From assembly GCA_963724295.1 (NCBI GenBank), contig CAVRUC010000009.1, positions 64,001-128,000 on the forward strand: a stretch of DNA of 64,000 nucleotides, read 5' to 3'. The notes beneath the pieces were generated by a model. That model saw only the letters and a program-made list of their open reading frames with translations. It was not told where the DNA came from and made no database searches. Below, piece after piece: positions 19,497-29,307 of the stretch. Each line of letters begins with the position of its first letter. The first letter of the stretch is position 1. This stretch comes from an uncultured Chloroflexia bacterium (GTDB lineage Bacteria > Chloroflexota > Chloroflexia > Thermomicrobiales > UBA6265). The translations under genes and the position numbers were made by a program.

Positions 19497-20209
19497 CGCA
19501 AGCCACCCCGGCGCTCGTCGCGGAGGGAATCACCAGCGGCTACGGCGAAGTTCCGGTCGTGCAGGATGTTTCGATCCAGGTCGGGCAGGACGAGATCGTC
19601 ACGATCATCGGTCCCAACGGCGCTGGTAAGTCGACGGTCCTGAAGGCGCTCTTCGGATTCCTGCCGCTCTGGCAAGGCCAGGTCTCCCTTGCCGGCGATG
19701 ACGTCACCGGACTCGCCCCGGAGCTGTTGGTCTGCCGGGGAATTGCATTCGTGCCGCAAACCGACAACGTATTTCCCAACCTGACCATCCGGGAAAACTT
19801 GACCATGGGCGGGATCACGCGCGCGGATGGGGTCGAGGAGCGAATCTCGTGGGTATTCGAGCTCTTCCCGGTCCTCGCCGAGCGGCCCCGCGAGCGAGCC
19901 GGCCGTCTCTCCGGCGGCCAGCGGCAGACGCTGGCCATAGCGCGCGCACTGATGCTGGAGCCGCGCATTCTGTTGCTCGATGAGCCATCGGCCAGTCTCT
20001 CCCCCAAAATGGTCGACACGGTCCTGGCCAACGTGATCGAGATCAACCGGCGCGGAACCGCGGTGCTGATGGTCGAGCAGCGTGCTCGCCAGGCACTGGC
20101 AATCAGCGATCGGGGCTACGTGCTGGCGAACGGGCGCAACCGGCTGGAAGGCCCCGCATCGGATCTGCTGGCGAGTGACGAGGTCCGCCGGCTCTACCTC
20201 GGCGAATGA
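19493..20209 (+). CDS. livF: Liv-type ABC ATP-binding protein (LivF-like)
   Basis: GPNGAGKS, LSGGQ, LLDEPS, VEQ, YLG. Confidence 0.9.
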   Translation: MTQATPALVAEGITSGYGEVPVVQDVSIQVGQDEIVTIIGPNGAGKSTVLKALFGFLPLWQGQVSLAGDDVTGLAPELLVCRGIAFVPQTDNVFPNLTIRENLTMGGITRADGVEERISWVFELFPVLAERPRERAGRLSGGQRQTLAIARALMLEPRILLLDEPSASLSPKMVDTVLANVIEINRRGTAVLMVEQRARQALAISDRGYVLANGRNRLEGPASDLLASDEVRRLYLGE

Positions 20210-20219
20210 GGAGCGCACG

Positions 20220-21317
20220 ATGGCGGGAGCGGTAACAGATAGCCTGGTCGATCGGAACGCATTGGCGGGCCGGCTGCCCGCCGGCCGCGTTCGGCAGCTG
20301 ATTGGCGCTTGGGCGCTCTGGCTGTTGATTGCCGCCTTCACGCTATGGGCAGCCGTTACCCAGACCCCCCAATTCGTTGTCGGATTGATCGTCGGCAGCC
20401 TCTACGGACTCTCTGCCGTCGGCTTGACTCTCATCTATGGTGTGGCGCGGGTATCGCACTTCGCACATGGCGACGCGATGATGATGTCGGCCTACCTGGC
20501 CTTCTTCGCCTTGACCGGAGCCGTCGCCGGCTCTCGAGCTGGCGATGTGGAATTACCACTGCACGCGAGCGCACTTCCCGGCGCAATGGATCCGATCTGG
20601 AGGTTCTCCTTCGGGTATGGGCTCGTCGTCGCGATCGTGATTGGCGCCGTGCTAATGGTGCCGCTCTTGCTCGCCATCGACCGTCTGGTTTACCAACCTC
20701 TCCACCGGCGAGGCGCCGGCACGGCGATTCTTGCCGTTTCTTCCCTCGGTGTGGCCATCAGTATGCGCGGGATGATGCTGTTCATCTGGGGCGCTGACAA
20801 TCGTCGCTACACCGCCGGTATCAGGCAGACGGTAGACGTGCCGGGACTGGCGCCGATCGTTGCCGATCAGTTCTTCATCGTGCTTGCCGCGGTCTTGCTG
20901 ACGGTTGTCACCTACTTCCAGCTCTACCACAGTCGGCTAGGCACGGCGATGCGAGCGACGGCCGATAACCCCGCCCTGGCACGAGCGAGCGGGATCGACG
21001 TCGCGGCCACTCGGCGCTGGACCTGGATCATTGGGGGTGCGTTGACGGCGGTCGCCGGCTGCCTGCTCGCGCTGCAGTCCCAATTGTCGCCGGAACTGGG
21101 CTTCGTCTTGCTGCTGCCGATTTTCGCCGCGGCGATTCTGGGCGGTGTCGGCAGCCCGCATGGCGCGTTCATTGGCGGGCTGATCGTCGGCGTCGTGGGA
21201 GAGGTGGTTGTCGGCGTCGGGATCATTTCACCCGGCTACAAACTGGCGGTTGTCTTCGTCGTCCTGGTCGCGGTCATCCTGCTGCGTCCGCAGGGTCTAT
21301 TTGGAGGTCGCGAGTGA
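20220..21317 (+). CDS. livH: Liv-type ABC permease (LivH-like)
   Basis: AVGLTLIYG..HFAHG, LGTAMRATADN, ILGGVGS; RBS gaggag. Confidence 0.88.
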   Translation: MAGAVTDSLVDRNALAGRLPAGRVRQLIGAWALWLLIAAFTLWAAVTQTPQFVVGLIVGSLYGLSAVGLTLIYGVARVSHFAHGDAMMMSAYLAFFALTGAVAGSRAGDVELPLHASALPGAMDPIWRFSFGYGLVVAIVIGAVLMVPLLLAIDRLVYQPLHRRGAGTAILAVSSLGVAISMRGMMLFIWGADNRRYTAGIRQTVDVPGLAPIVADQFFIVLAAVLLTVVTYFQLYHSRLGTAMRATADNPALARASGIDVAATRRWTWIIGGALTAVAGCLLALQSQLSPELGFVLLLPIFAAAILGGVGSPHGAFIGGLIVGVVGEVVVGVGIISPGYKLAVVFVVLVAVILLRPQGLFGGRE

Positions 21318-22444
21318 CAATGCGGCGCAACCGGACCGCGATCATCGTCGTCACCCTGGTCACACTCCTCCTGATCGCATTGCCGCTTCATCGCACCGGC
21401 AGCGCCAATGCCGTCATCTCATTCCTGGTGCCGTCGCTGGCGACGATGGCGATCTTCGCGGTCATCTGCATCGGGTTGAACATCCAGTGGGGATACACGG
21501 GGATCTTCAACTTCGGCGTCGCTGCCTTCTTCATGATTGGCGCCTATACGGCGGCGATCGTGACGAAGGCGCCGGCGGACGGCGAGTTCGCGACCTACAT
21601 AGGCGGCTTCGGCGAGGCCCTTTCCGCCGTGCCGCTGCCAGGTGCCAGTCAATGGCTGCCATTTCTGATCGCGGTACTGGCCGCGGTGGTTGTATCAGCC
21701 CTACTGGCACTGCTCCTGGCGTGGCCAACGGTGCGGCTTCGCGAAGATTATTTGGCGATCATGTTGATTGGCGCGGCCGAAGTGCTGCGGCGCATTGCCA
21801 CGGAAGAGCGTTGGCTCGTCAATGGCAGCCGCGGTCTGGGTGGCATTCCGCGCCCGTTCGCGGGCGTGGTCGATCCAGATTCATACCGGTATCTCTTCCT
21901 ACTGCTTACCGCGATCCTCGTGGTGTTGGCATACGTCCTGGCCGAACGCGGTATCCGTTCGCCGTGGGGACGCGTTCTCCGCGCAATTCGCGAGGACGAA
22001 GAGGCGGCAGCGGCGGCCGGGAAGAATGTCGTCGCTTTCAAGTTGCAGGGGTTCGTCCTCGGCGCGGCGGTCATGGGCGCGGGGGGCGCCTTCTACGCCT
22101 TCCAGCAGGGAGCGATATCACCGGATACCTTCACCCACTTCTTCGGGACATTCATTCTCTGGGCGATGCTGATCGCCGGTGGCAGCGGAAACATGGTTGG
22201 GGCGATGGTTGGCGTCTATGTGATCTGGGGTCTCTGGTCGACCACGCTGCAGCTCCAGGGTTACGAGCTACCGGCGTTTGTCGCGGGCCGCATCCCGCAC
22301 ATCCGGGACACCCTGGTCGGACTGACCATCGTCGTCGTGCTCCTCCTGAATCCGGGCGGCCTCATTCCGGAGCAGGCCCGGGTCTCGCGATGGCTCGACC
22401 GGCGAGTGGCGGCGATGCGGCGCAGCGAAGCCGCAGGGGACTAA
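21314..22444 (+). CDS. livM: Liv-type ABC permease (LivM-like)
   Basis: GLNIQWGYTGIFNFG, RLREDYLAI, GRVLRAIREDE. Confidence 0.9.
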   Translation: MTMRRNRTAIIVVTLVTLLLIALPLHRTGSANAVISFLVPSLATMAIFAVICIGLNIQWGYTGIFNFGVAAFFMIGAYTAAIVTKAPADGEFATYIGGFGEALSAVPLPGASQWLPFLIAVLAAVVVSALLALLLAWPTVRLREDYLAIMLIGAAEVLRRIATEERWLVNGSRGLGGIPRPFAGVVDPDSYRYLFLLLTAILVVLAYVLAERGIRSPWGRVLRAIREDEEAAAAAGKNVVAFKLQGFVLGAAVMGAGGAFYAFQQGAISPDTFTHFFGTFILWAMLIAGGSGNMVGAMVGVYVIWGLWSTTLQLQGYELPAFVAGRIPHIRDTLVGLTIVVVLLLNPGGLIPEQARVSRWLDRRVAAMRRSEAAGD

Positions 22445-22446
22445 CG

Positions 22447-22509
22447 AGGGTCGCAGGGCCGCAGGGTCACGAGGTGGCGGGGGAGCGTTCTCCCAGCCAC
22501 CTTCTCGGG
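22447..22509. repeat. Short degenerate octamer element (family A) between convergent liv operons
   Basis: gggtcgca gggccgca gggtcacg aggtggcg...ccagccacc. Confidence 0.5.
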
Positions 22510-23253
22510 TCAGTCCTCGCCGAGATACGCCTTGCGCACCATGTCGTTGCCGAGGAGCTCACGACCGGTGCCGGAGAGGACGATCTGGCCGGTCTGGATC
22601 ACGTAGCCTCGGTTGGCCACGGCCAGAGCCTTGAGCGCATTCTGCTCGACCAGGAGCACGGTTGTGCCCTGGCTGTTGATGTCCTGAATGATCTGGAAGA
22701 TGGTATCGACCAGGATCGGAGATAGCCCGAGCGAGGGCTCGTCCAGCAGGAGCACCGAGGGGCGGGCCATCAGGGCGCGGCCGATCGCCAGCATCTGCTG
22801 CTCGCCGCCGGACATCGTTCCCGCGATCTGGCTTTTTCGCTCTTCCAGACGAGGGAACAGCCCGAAGACCCGCGCCAGATCATCTGGGTCGGGTTTGCCG
22901 TGCGAGTACGCACCGAGCTCGAGATTCTCCATGACCGACATACGGTTGAAGATGCGGCGGCCCTCTGGCGCCTGAGCCACCCCCATCCCGGCGACGACGT
23001 GGGCCGGTTTATCGCTGATCAGCTTCCCATTCAAACTGATGGCGCCGGTTCTGGGTCTGAGCAGGCCGGAGATGGTTTGCAGAGTCGTCGTCTTGCCGGC
23101 GCCGTTCGAACCGATCAGGGTAACGATCTCACCCTGGTTGACGTAGAGCGTGACGCCTTTGAGCGCCTGGATATTGCCGTAGTACGTGGTGATGTCCTGA
23201 ACGTCGAGAATCACCGAAGCATCGTGCCCGTTGCTCGCAATTTCATGCGCCAT
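22510..23253 (-). CDS. livF: Liv-type ABC ATP-binding protein (LivF-like)
   Basis: GSNGAGKT, PEGRRIF, MSGGEQQM, LLDEPSLGL, VEQN. Confidence 0.93.
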   Translation of the reverse strand: MAHEIASNGHDASVILDVQDITTYYGNIQALKGVTLYVNQGEIVTLIGSNGAGKTTTLQTISGLLRPRTGAISLNGKLISDKPAHVVAGMGVAQAPEGRRIFNRMSVMENLELGAYSHGKPDPDDLARVFGLFPRLEERKSQIAGTMSGGEQQMLAIGRALMARPSVLLLDEPSLGLSPILVDTIFQIIQDINSQGTTVLLVEQNALKALAVANRGYVIQTGQIVLSGTGRELLGNDMVRKAYLGED

Positions 23254-24151
23254 CGGGGGGCTCCGCTCCATGTGCCGCCACTGGAGCCACAGCAGCGACT
23301 AGCTCGCTTGCTGCTCCGATCTCGGCAGCGCCAGTCCCCAGATAGGCCTCGATGACGTTCGGATCGCGCTGGACCTGCGCTGGCGTCCCTTCGGCGATCT
23401 TGTGTCCATGGTCGAGCACGGTCACCTGATCGGAGATGCCCATGACCACTTTCATGTCGTGCTCGATGAGCAGGATGGTCAGGTCGAGATCGCGACGCAG
23501 GCGATCGATGAATCGGGTCATCTGCGTCGTCTCTTGCGGATTCATCCCGGCTGTTGGCTCATCGAGGAGGAGGAGCTTGGGTTGACTGCCCAGGGCCCGC
23601 GCGATCTCCAGGCGGCGCTGGTCGCCATAGGCGAGATTCTTGGCAGTCACGGGACCCTGTCCGCGCAATCCGACATAGTCGAGGAGCTCGCGGGCCCTGG
23701 CGCGGGATTCGCTCTCCTCGCGGTTAACCGAGGGAAGGCGCAGCACCGCGCCGAGCGGCGTTGACTTCAGCCGGCAATGCATACCAATGAGGACGTTGTC
23801 CAGCGCCGACATGTTGGCGAAGAGCCGGATATTCTGAAAGGTGCGGGCGATCCCGCGCGCGGTCACCTGATCCGGTCGCAGCCAACTGGATTTACCGCCC
23901 TGCGAGCCGTCAGAGACGAGCGGCGCTCCGTCGAAACTGATCTCTCCCTCAGTTGGGTGGTAAATGCCCGCGATCATGTTGAAGATGGTCGTCTTGCCGG
24001 CGCCGTTGGGACCGATGAGACCGGCGATCGATCCCCGCGGGACGAACATATCGACGCCATCGACCGCTACCAGACCGCCGAAGCGCTTGGTGAGACCGCT
24101 GATGACCAGGATGTCCTCGACCGGGGCCGGGCTTGCGGTGGCCGCGCTCAT
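23243..24151 (-). CDS. livG: Liv-type ABC ATP-binding protein (LivG-like)
   Basis: GPNGAGKT, ARTFQNIRLF, LAYGDQRRLEIARAL, EHDM. Confidence 0.93.
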   Translation of the reverse strand: MSAATASPAPVEDILVISGLTKRFGGLVAVDGVDMFVPRGSIAGLIGPNGAGKTTIFNMIAGIYHPTEGEISFDGAPLVSDGSQGGKSSWLRPDQVTARGIARTFQNIRLFANMSALDNVLIGMHCRLKSTPLGAVLRLPSVNREESESRARARELLDYVGLRGQGPVTAKNLAYGDQRRLEIARALGSQPKLLLLDEPTAGMNPQETTQMTRFIDRLRRDLDLTILLIEHDMKVVMGISDQVTVLDHGHKIAEGTPAQVQRDPNVIEAYLGTGAAEIGAASELVAAVAPVAAHGAEPPDGA

Positions 24152-25364
24152 GCGACCTGTCCTCCCCGTACATCTGACATCTCGTCATCATGCTGGAGGA
24201 CATCGAACAGGTCTTGCTGTTCCTGGACGGAGATGTCATCCGAGTCCGGTTGCAGCTCAGCCGCACGCTGCTTGCTTGGGAAGAGCCCGCCCGGCCGCAA
24301 GAGCATCATCAGCACCAGGGCAAGACCGAAGACGACGTACCGATCTTCCCCGACGTTGTGGCTGGCGAGCCAGTCGCTGCCGATCCGCTCTCCCAGGGCA
24401 TTGAGGGGCACGGTCAGCCGTTCGGCGAGGATGCGGTCGAATGATCCGATCAGGACAGCCCCGATGACCGCGCCGTAGACGTTGCCGATGCCGCCGAGGA
24501 TGACCGCCGAGAGAACCAGAATAGACAGCGTGAATTCGAACTGGCTGGGGTGGACATACTGAAAGGCCGACGAAAAGAGGGAGCCGGCGAACCCGGAGAA
24601 TGAGGCGCCGAGCGCGAACGCCCACAACTTGGCCCTCGTCGGATTGATCCCCATGCTGGCGGCGGCCAGCTCATCCTCGCGGATCGCCTGCCAGGAGCGA
24701 CCGAGCCGGGAATTATAGAGTCGCAGGATGATGAAGATCGAAAAGAGCCCAATCGCGAGGATCAGCCAGTACCAGTTGCGCTGGGCGGTCTGCCCGAAAT
24801 CCAACGGTCCCAGCGACGGCGGCTTGGCGATGGGATTGATCCCCCGCGTGCCGCCGGTGAGCGGCACCGCGTTGAGGAAGAAGTTCGGCACGATTTCGCC
24901 GAATCCCAGCGTCACGATCGCGAGGTAGTCGCCCCGCAAGCGAAGGGTGGGAGCCCCCAGCAGGACACCGAAGATGGCGGCCACGATGAACGCGACGACC
25001 AACGCCGGCCAGAACTGCTGGAAAAATGGCGGGACCCAGCCGGCACGAACGAAAACTGACGACGGCGATGTCAGAAAGCCGACGGTGTAGGCGCCGATGG
25101 CGAAGAATGCGGCGTAGCCAAGGTCGAGCAGTCCGGCGTACCCAACGACAATGTTCAACCCCATCGCGAGCAGGGCATAGATGCCGATTGGTAGGAGAGC
25201 TCCCAGCAAGTTAAGGCCAAGAGCCTGATCGATGAATGGGAAGGCGATCAGGAAGATGAGAATGGCGACGAAGACGACGGTGTCTCGCCGCGAGCGCGGG
25301 GTTTCTGCGAATCGCCGGAGTCCGAGCGTCCGCCGATGCTCTGGACGCGCGCAAGGTTAGCCAT
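24148..25364 (-). CDS. livM: Liv-type ABC permease (LivM-like), frameshift near 25333 close to the N-terminus
   Basis: GLNIVVGYAGLLDLG, LRLRGDYLAIVTLGFGEI. ATG 25364 with aggagg RBS is one base out of frame. Confidence 0.88.
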
Positions 25365-25373
25365 GAGCGCCTC

Positions 25374-26348
25374 CTAGACCTTTTCCGGAACTGCTTCGCC
25401 AAGCAGACCAGTTGGCTTGAAGACCATCACCAGCACAAGAACACCGAAGATGATCAACGGTGTCCATTGCGCTCCCCACCACGGGATGTAGGTCTGCAGA
25501 AATCCGTCACTCATCGACCAGACAAGGCCAATAATCAGCCCTCCCAGGACGGCGCCGTTGAGGTTGCCAATACCGCCGAGCACCGCGGCCGTGAACGCGA
25601 ACAGGCCGTAGCGGAAACCCATCTGAAAGCGAGCGGTGTTGGTGTAGTAGGCGACGATGAAGCCCGCCGCGCCTGCAAGGATGCCGCCGACCAGAAACGC
25701 GGTCGCAATGGTCCGGTTGACGTCGATACCCATCAATGCCGCCGCGCCGCGATCCTGGGCGACGGCGCGCATGGCTTTGCCGGTCCGAGTCCGATAGACG
25801 AGCCACGAGAGCCCGAGCAGGAGCGGCACAGTCAACAGGATGACCGCCAGGTCGAGCGCCCGGAAGCGGAGCCTCGTCTCAAGTCCAAGCACGTCGGTGA
25901 GAATGTTCAAAGAGCGGAGGTCAGTGGGAACGAGTGCCGGAGGCAGGACCGTGGTTGAGCCCTGCCAATAGATCCCGACGCCCTGCAGAATGAAGCTAAT
26001 GCCAATAGCGGCGATCAGCGGCGCTAGTCGCGGCGCGGAGCGGAGACGGCGATAGACGACCCGGTCGATGCTCCAGTTGAGGACGCCGCTGAAGAGCATC
26101 GCGGCGAGCATGGCAACGAGCGAGACGAGGGCGATCTGTGCCCAGCCCGCGCCGGAAGCGACGCCGAACGCACTCACGGCCGAAAGCGACAGAAAGGCGC
26201 CCATCATGAAAACTTCGCCGTGAGCGAAGTTGATGAGCTCGACGATACCGTAGACCAGGGTGTACCCCAGCGCGATCAGGGCAATCAGCGCCCCGTTGGT
26301 CACCCCGAGAATCAGGTACTGGGCAAAGAGGGTTCCGTTGAATTCCAT
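25374..26348 (-). CDS. livH: Liv-type ABC permease (LivH-like)
   Basis: ALGYTLVYGIVELINFAHG, GKAMRAVAQD, AAVLGGIG. Confidence 0.93.
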   Translation of the reverse strand: MEFNGTLFAQYLILGVTNGALIALIALGYTLVYGIVELINFAHGEVFMMGAFLSLSAVSAFGVASGAGWAQIALVSLVAMLAAMLFSGVLNWSIDRVVYRRLRSAPRLAPLIAAIGISFILQGVGIYWQGSTTVLPPALVPTDLRSLNILTDVLGLETRLRFRALDLAVILLTVPLLLGLSWLVYRTRTGKAMRAVAQDRGAAALMGIDVNRTIATAFLVGGILAGAAGFIVAYYTNTARFQMGFRYGLFAFTAAVLGGIGNLNGAVLGGLIIGLVWSMSDGFLQTYIPWWGAQWTPLIIFGVLVLVMVFKPTGLLGEAVPEKV

Positions 26349-26399
26349 GCTGGCCTCAACGCTGAGTACCGACGAGTTGGGAACTTCCAGGCAGAATAA

Positions 26400-26434
26400 C
26401 ACGAGCGGATCCAGGCATCCTGGATCCGCTCGTG
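26400..26434 (-). terminator. 16-bp stem-loop after SBP gene
   Basis: cacgagcggatccagg-cat-cctggatccgctcgtg. Confidence 0.65.
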
Positions 26435-26451
26435 CTCATGCGCGAACCGCG

Positions 26452-27810
26452 CTACTCGCCGATCACCTCGAGGAAGGTGATCGCAAGGTCTGCCTTCGTC
26501 GTTCGGCTTGATCTCGTTGACGGACATGCTGGGATTGTCAATGTCGCCGGTCTCGGTGAAGGACCAGGTCTTGCCAACCAGGCTCGTGAAGTTAGTCGTG
26601 CCCATCAGCGCTTCAAGAATCTTGCCACGATCCTTCTCGCCGACCTGATCGATCGCCTGGATGACTGGCGACCGCGCAGTCATAGGAGTAGGTCGAATAG
26701 CCGTCCGGAGCGTGGCCGAGGATCTCGCTCATCCGGGTGAAGAAGTCGGCGCCAGGGCCTTCCAGCTCGTTTGTCGGCAGGCCAGCGAAGGTGAGGAATG
26801 CGCCGTTCAGAGGCATCACCCGCGCCGTCGATGAACGCCTGGGTGAACAGCCCGTCCGGGCCGAGGAAGATGACCTCGTCGGCCGGCATGAGGCCGCGCA
26901 TGTCGAGCAGGACCTTCGAGGGATTGTTCTCGACGGTGGCCCCGACATAGACGAGGTCCGGAGCAGCGTCCGCGATCTTCGTCATCAGCGCCTGGTAGTC
27001 GGGCGCTTTCGGGTCGTAGCCCTCGAAGCCGAGAACTTCGGCGCCGATCTCCAGGAGCGTGTCGTTGAAGACCTGAGCGACGCCGTGCCCATAGAGACTC
27101 TGGTCGTCGAGGACGTAGGCTGAGCCGACGCTCTTCGCCTCAACCGCCCAGCGCGCGCCGAGAGCGCCCTGGATATCGTCCGCGGCGATGACGCGACGTA
27201 GTTGCGCGTGCCGGATGGGTAGTAAACGTCTGGCTCGCCCTCTTCGATGCCCGGGAATTCTTTGGTGAGCCCGGTAGTACGTGTTGGCGAAGGAGATCAT
27301 CGCCATCCCGGCCTCATTCATGATCGGGATCGAGATCTTGGCCGCGCCCGAGTTGTACGTTCCCATGTAGGCCATGCAGTCCGCATCGCTGATGGCCTGG
27401 TTCGCGTTCGAGGACTCGACACCCGGATCCCATCCGCCGTTGTTGGCGGCGATGCCGGAATCAAGCGCTACGTATTCAATCGCGAAGCCACCGGCCATGT
27501 TGCCTAGGTCGGCGAACGCCAGCTTGGCCGCCTCATAGGCATCGACGCCGATGCCTTCCATGGATCCCGTCCGTGGCCATGACGAGTAGATCTTGATGGT
27601 GCCCTTGTCGGTACCTTCAACGTGAGGGATATCCGGATTGCCGATCGAGGCAGCGCTCCCCTCCTGCGCCGCGGCAACGGCGCCGCGAGACAGGGCCGAC
27701 ATGACTGCTGAGCCGGTCGCGCCGAGTGCAATGGCGCGCACGATGAACGTGCGGCGATCGATCTTGCCTCGATGCAACTGATCCACTAGCCCCTCGAATC
27801 GAATCGTCAT
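26452..27810 (-). pseudogene. Liv-type ABC substrate-binding protein with Tat signal, five single-base indels
   Basis: IDRRTFIVR Tat, GTYNSGAAK. A coherent protein is rebuilt across indels near 27277, 27198, 26805, 26667 and 26488, ending ITFLEVIGE*. Confidence 0.8.
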
Positions 27811-27962
27811 TCAGGATCCTCCGTGCTCGTCACCGGCCGCGACGCCGGTCACCATGCGATGCCTGCGCGTGGGAGAGTCCCCCACGACGTGTCTAAACAG
27901 ACGTGCCACGAACGCACGCGCTGTCTGGCCCCGACCTGGAGCCTCTTTTTAGACGTGGCGGG

Positions 27963-27991
27963 AGCATATCCCAGCGCCTAACTGGTGTCAA
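27963..27991 (-). promoter_or_regulatory. Sigma70-type promoter of the second liv operon
   Basis: TTGACA-N17-TATGCT on the minus strand. Confidence 0.65.
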
Positions 27992-28039
27992 TTGAGCGTT
28001 TTGGCGTGAATACAGGGTAAATGTGATGATTCGAAAGTG

Positions 28040-29083
28040 TTAGTACGAGGGCACGTATTCCGCATCTATCGGTCGGATGCCATGCTCGGGAGGTGCATAG
28101 CCGCGGCGGGTCAGGTCGGCGACGACCGCTTCAATGACGTCGTCGGGCGTCGAGGCCCCGGCGGTCACCCCGACGATGTCGGCATCCGCCAGCCAATCGT
28201 CCTCGATATCCTCGGTCCGCTCGATATGGTATGAAGGAACGCCGAGCGCCTTCCCGACCTCGGCCAGCCGCGCGGTATTGGAGCTCTTGCGGCCGCCGAT
28301 TGCCAGAATCACGTCGACCTGATCCTGCTCCACCAGACGCTTCAGCGCATTCTGCCGCTCGGAGGTCGGCTCGCAGATGGTGTTGCAGAGACGGAACTCT
28401 CCGCCCTCCGGCATGACCATCGCCTGCAGTTTCTGGGCAAACACCATCAGCTCGTCGACGTTCTTCGTCGTCTGGGAGACGACCGCGACCTTGCGTGGAG
28501 GTGTGGCGACACCCTCGCCGCTGGCGCCGCGCGGCGCATTCCAGGGAAGGTCGCTGATCTTCTTGGCGGCAACCGCTTTCGATGTGCCGGCCCACCCAAT
28601 CACGCTGCGTACCTCAGGGTGGTAGGAGTCGCCGTAGACGACCAGGAAATACCCCTGGCGCACCAGCTTCTGTGCCAGCCGCTGCACTTTGGTGACCAAT
28701 GGGCAGGTTGTGTCGATCAGCTCCACCCCGGCGGAGGCGGCTTCGCCCGCAAGATGCGGCCCCATGCCGTGGGCGGTAATCGCTACGCGCCGGAATCCAC
28801 GGGCGGCGGCCTCGGAGACCGACGTTGCGCCCTCGACGCCGCGCTCACGCAGCCGCTCGACAACTTGCGGATTGTGTATGACGTCGCCAATCGGGGCGAT
28901 CGGACCAGCGCTCTCGGCCGCGGCTTCGACGATCTCGAGCGCGCGCCGCACTCCCCAGCAGTAGCCCAACTCCTGGGCGACCACGACACGCTTAGCGGTC
29001 TCCGGCCCGGAGCCTGGGGATGGGCGGCGATGAACGGGGGCGATGGGACTCGCGGCAGGCACTTGCAAGAATTCGTTCCTCAC
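28040..29083 (-). CDS. ispH: 4-hydroxy-3-methylbut-2-enyl diphosphate reductase
   Basis: GYCWGVRRA, IHNPQV, DTTCPLV, HPEV, SQTT, NTIC, SSNT, TAGASTP. Confidence 0.95.
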   Translation of the reverse strand: MRNEFLQVPAASPIAPVHRRPSPGSGPETAKRVVVAQELGYCWGVRRALEIVEAAAESAGPIAPIGDVIHNPQVVERLRERGVEGATSVSEAAARGFRRVAITAHGMGPHLAGEAASAGVELIDTTCPLVTKVQRLAQKLVRQGYFLVVYGDSYHPEVRSVIGWAGTSKAVAAKKISDLPWNAPRGASGEGVATPPRKVAVVSQTTKNVDELMVFAQKLQAMVMPEGGEFRLCNTICEPTSERQNALKRLVEQDQVDVILAIGGRKSSNTARLAEVGKALGVPSYHIERTEDIEDDWLADADIVGVTAGASTPDDVIEAVVADLTRRGYAPPEHGIRPIDAEYVPSY

Positions 29084-29307
29084 ATCAACTTAGGGAGGGT
29101 CGATGCCCGCTTGGCAACGCCCGGGAGCAAACAAAAGTATAGTCTCCCCACTTGCGCGGGCCGAGACGCCAACGGCCCGGCGCTCCCGCGGTGGTCGATG
29201 TTGCCGGCCGGGGTAGCGGTGCTGGCGTCACCAGGTTTCGCGCCGACCCGTGTCCCCGCGGCAGGGTCGGGCGATGCGACGCCAGGCAGATAGAGGAGCA
29301 CGGAACC

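Noticed and set aside
17243..27810. Two convergent Liv-type operons as a recent inverted duplication
   Set aside because: Gene orders differ and the proteins are very divergent. These are ordinary paralogous transporters.
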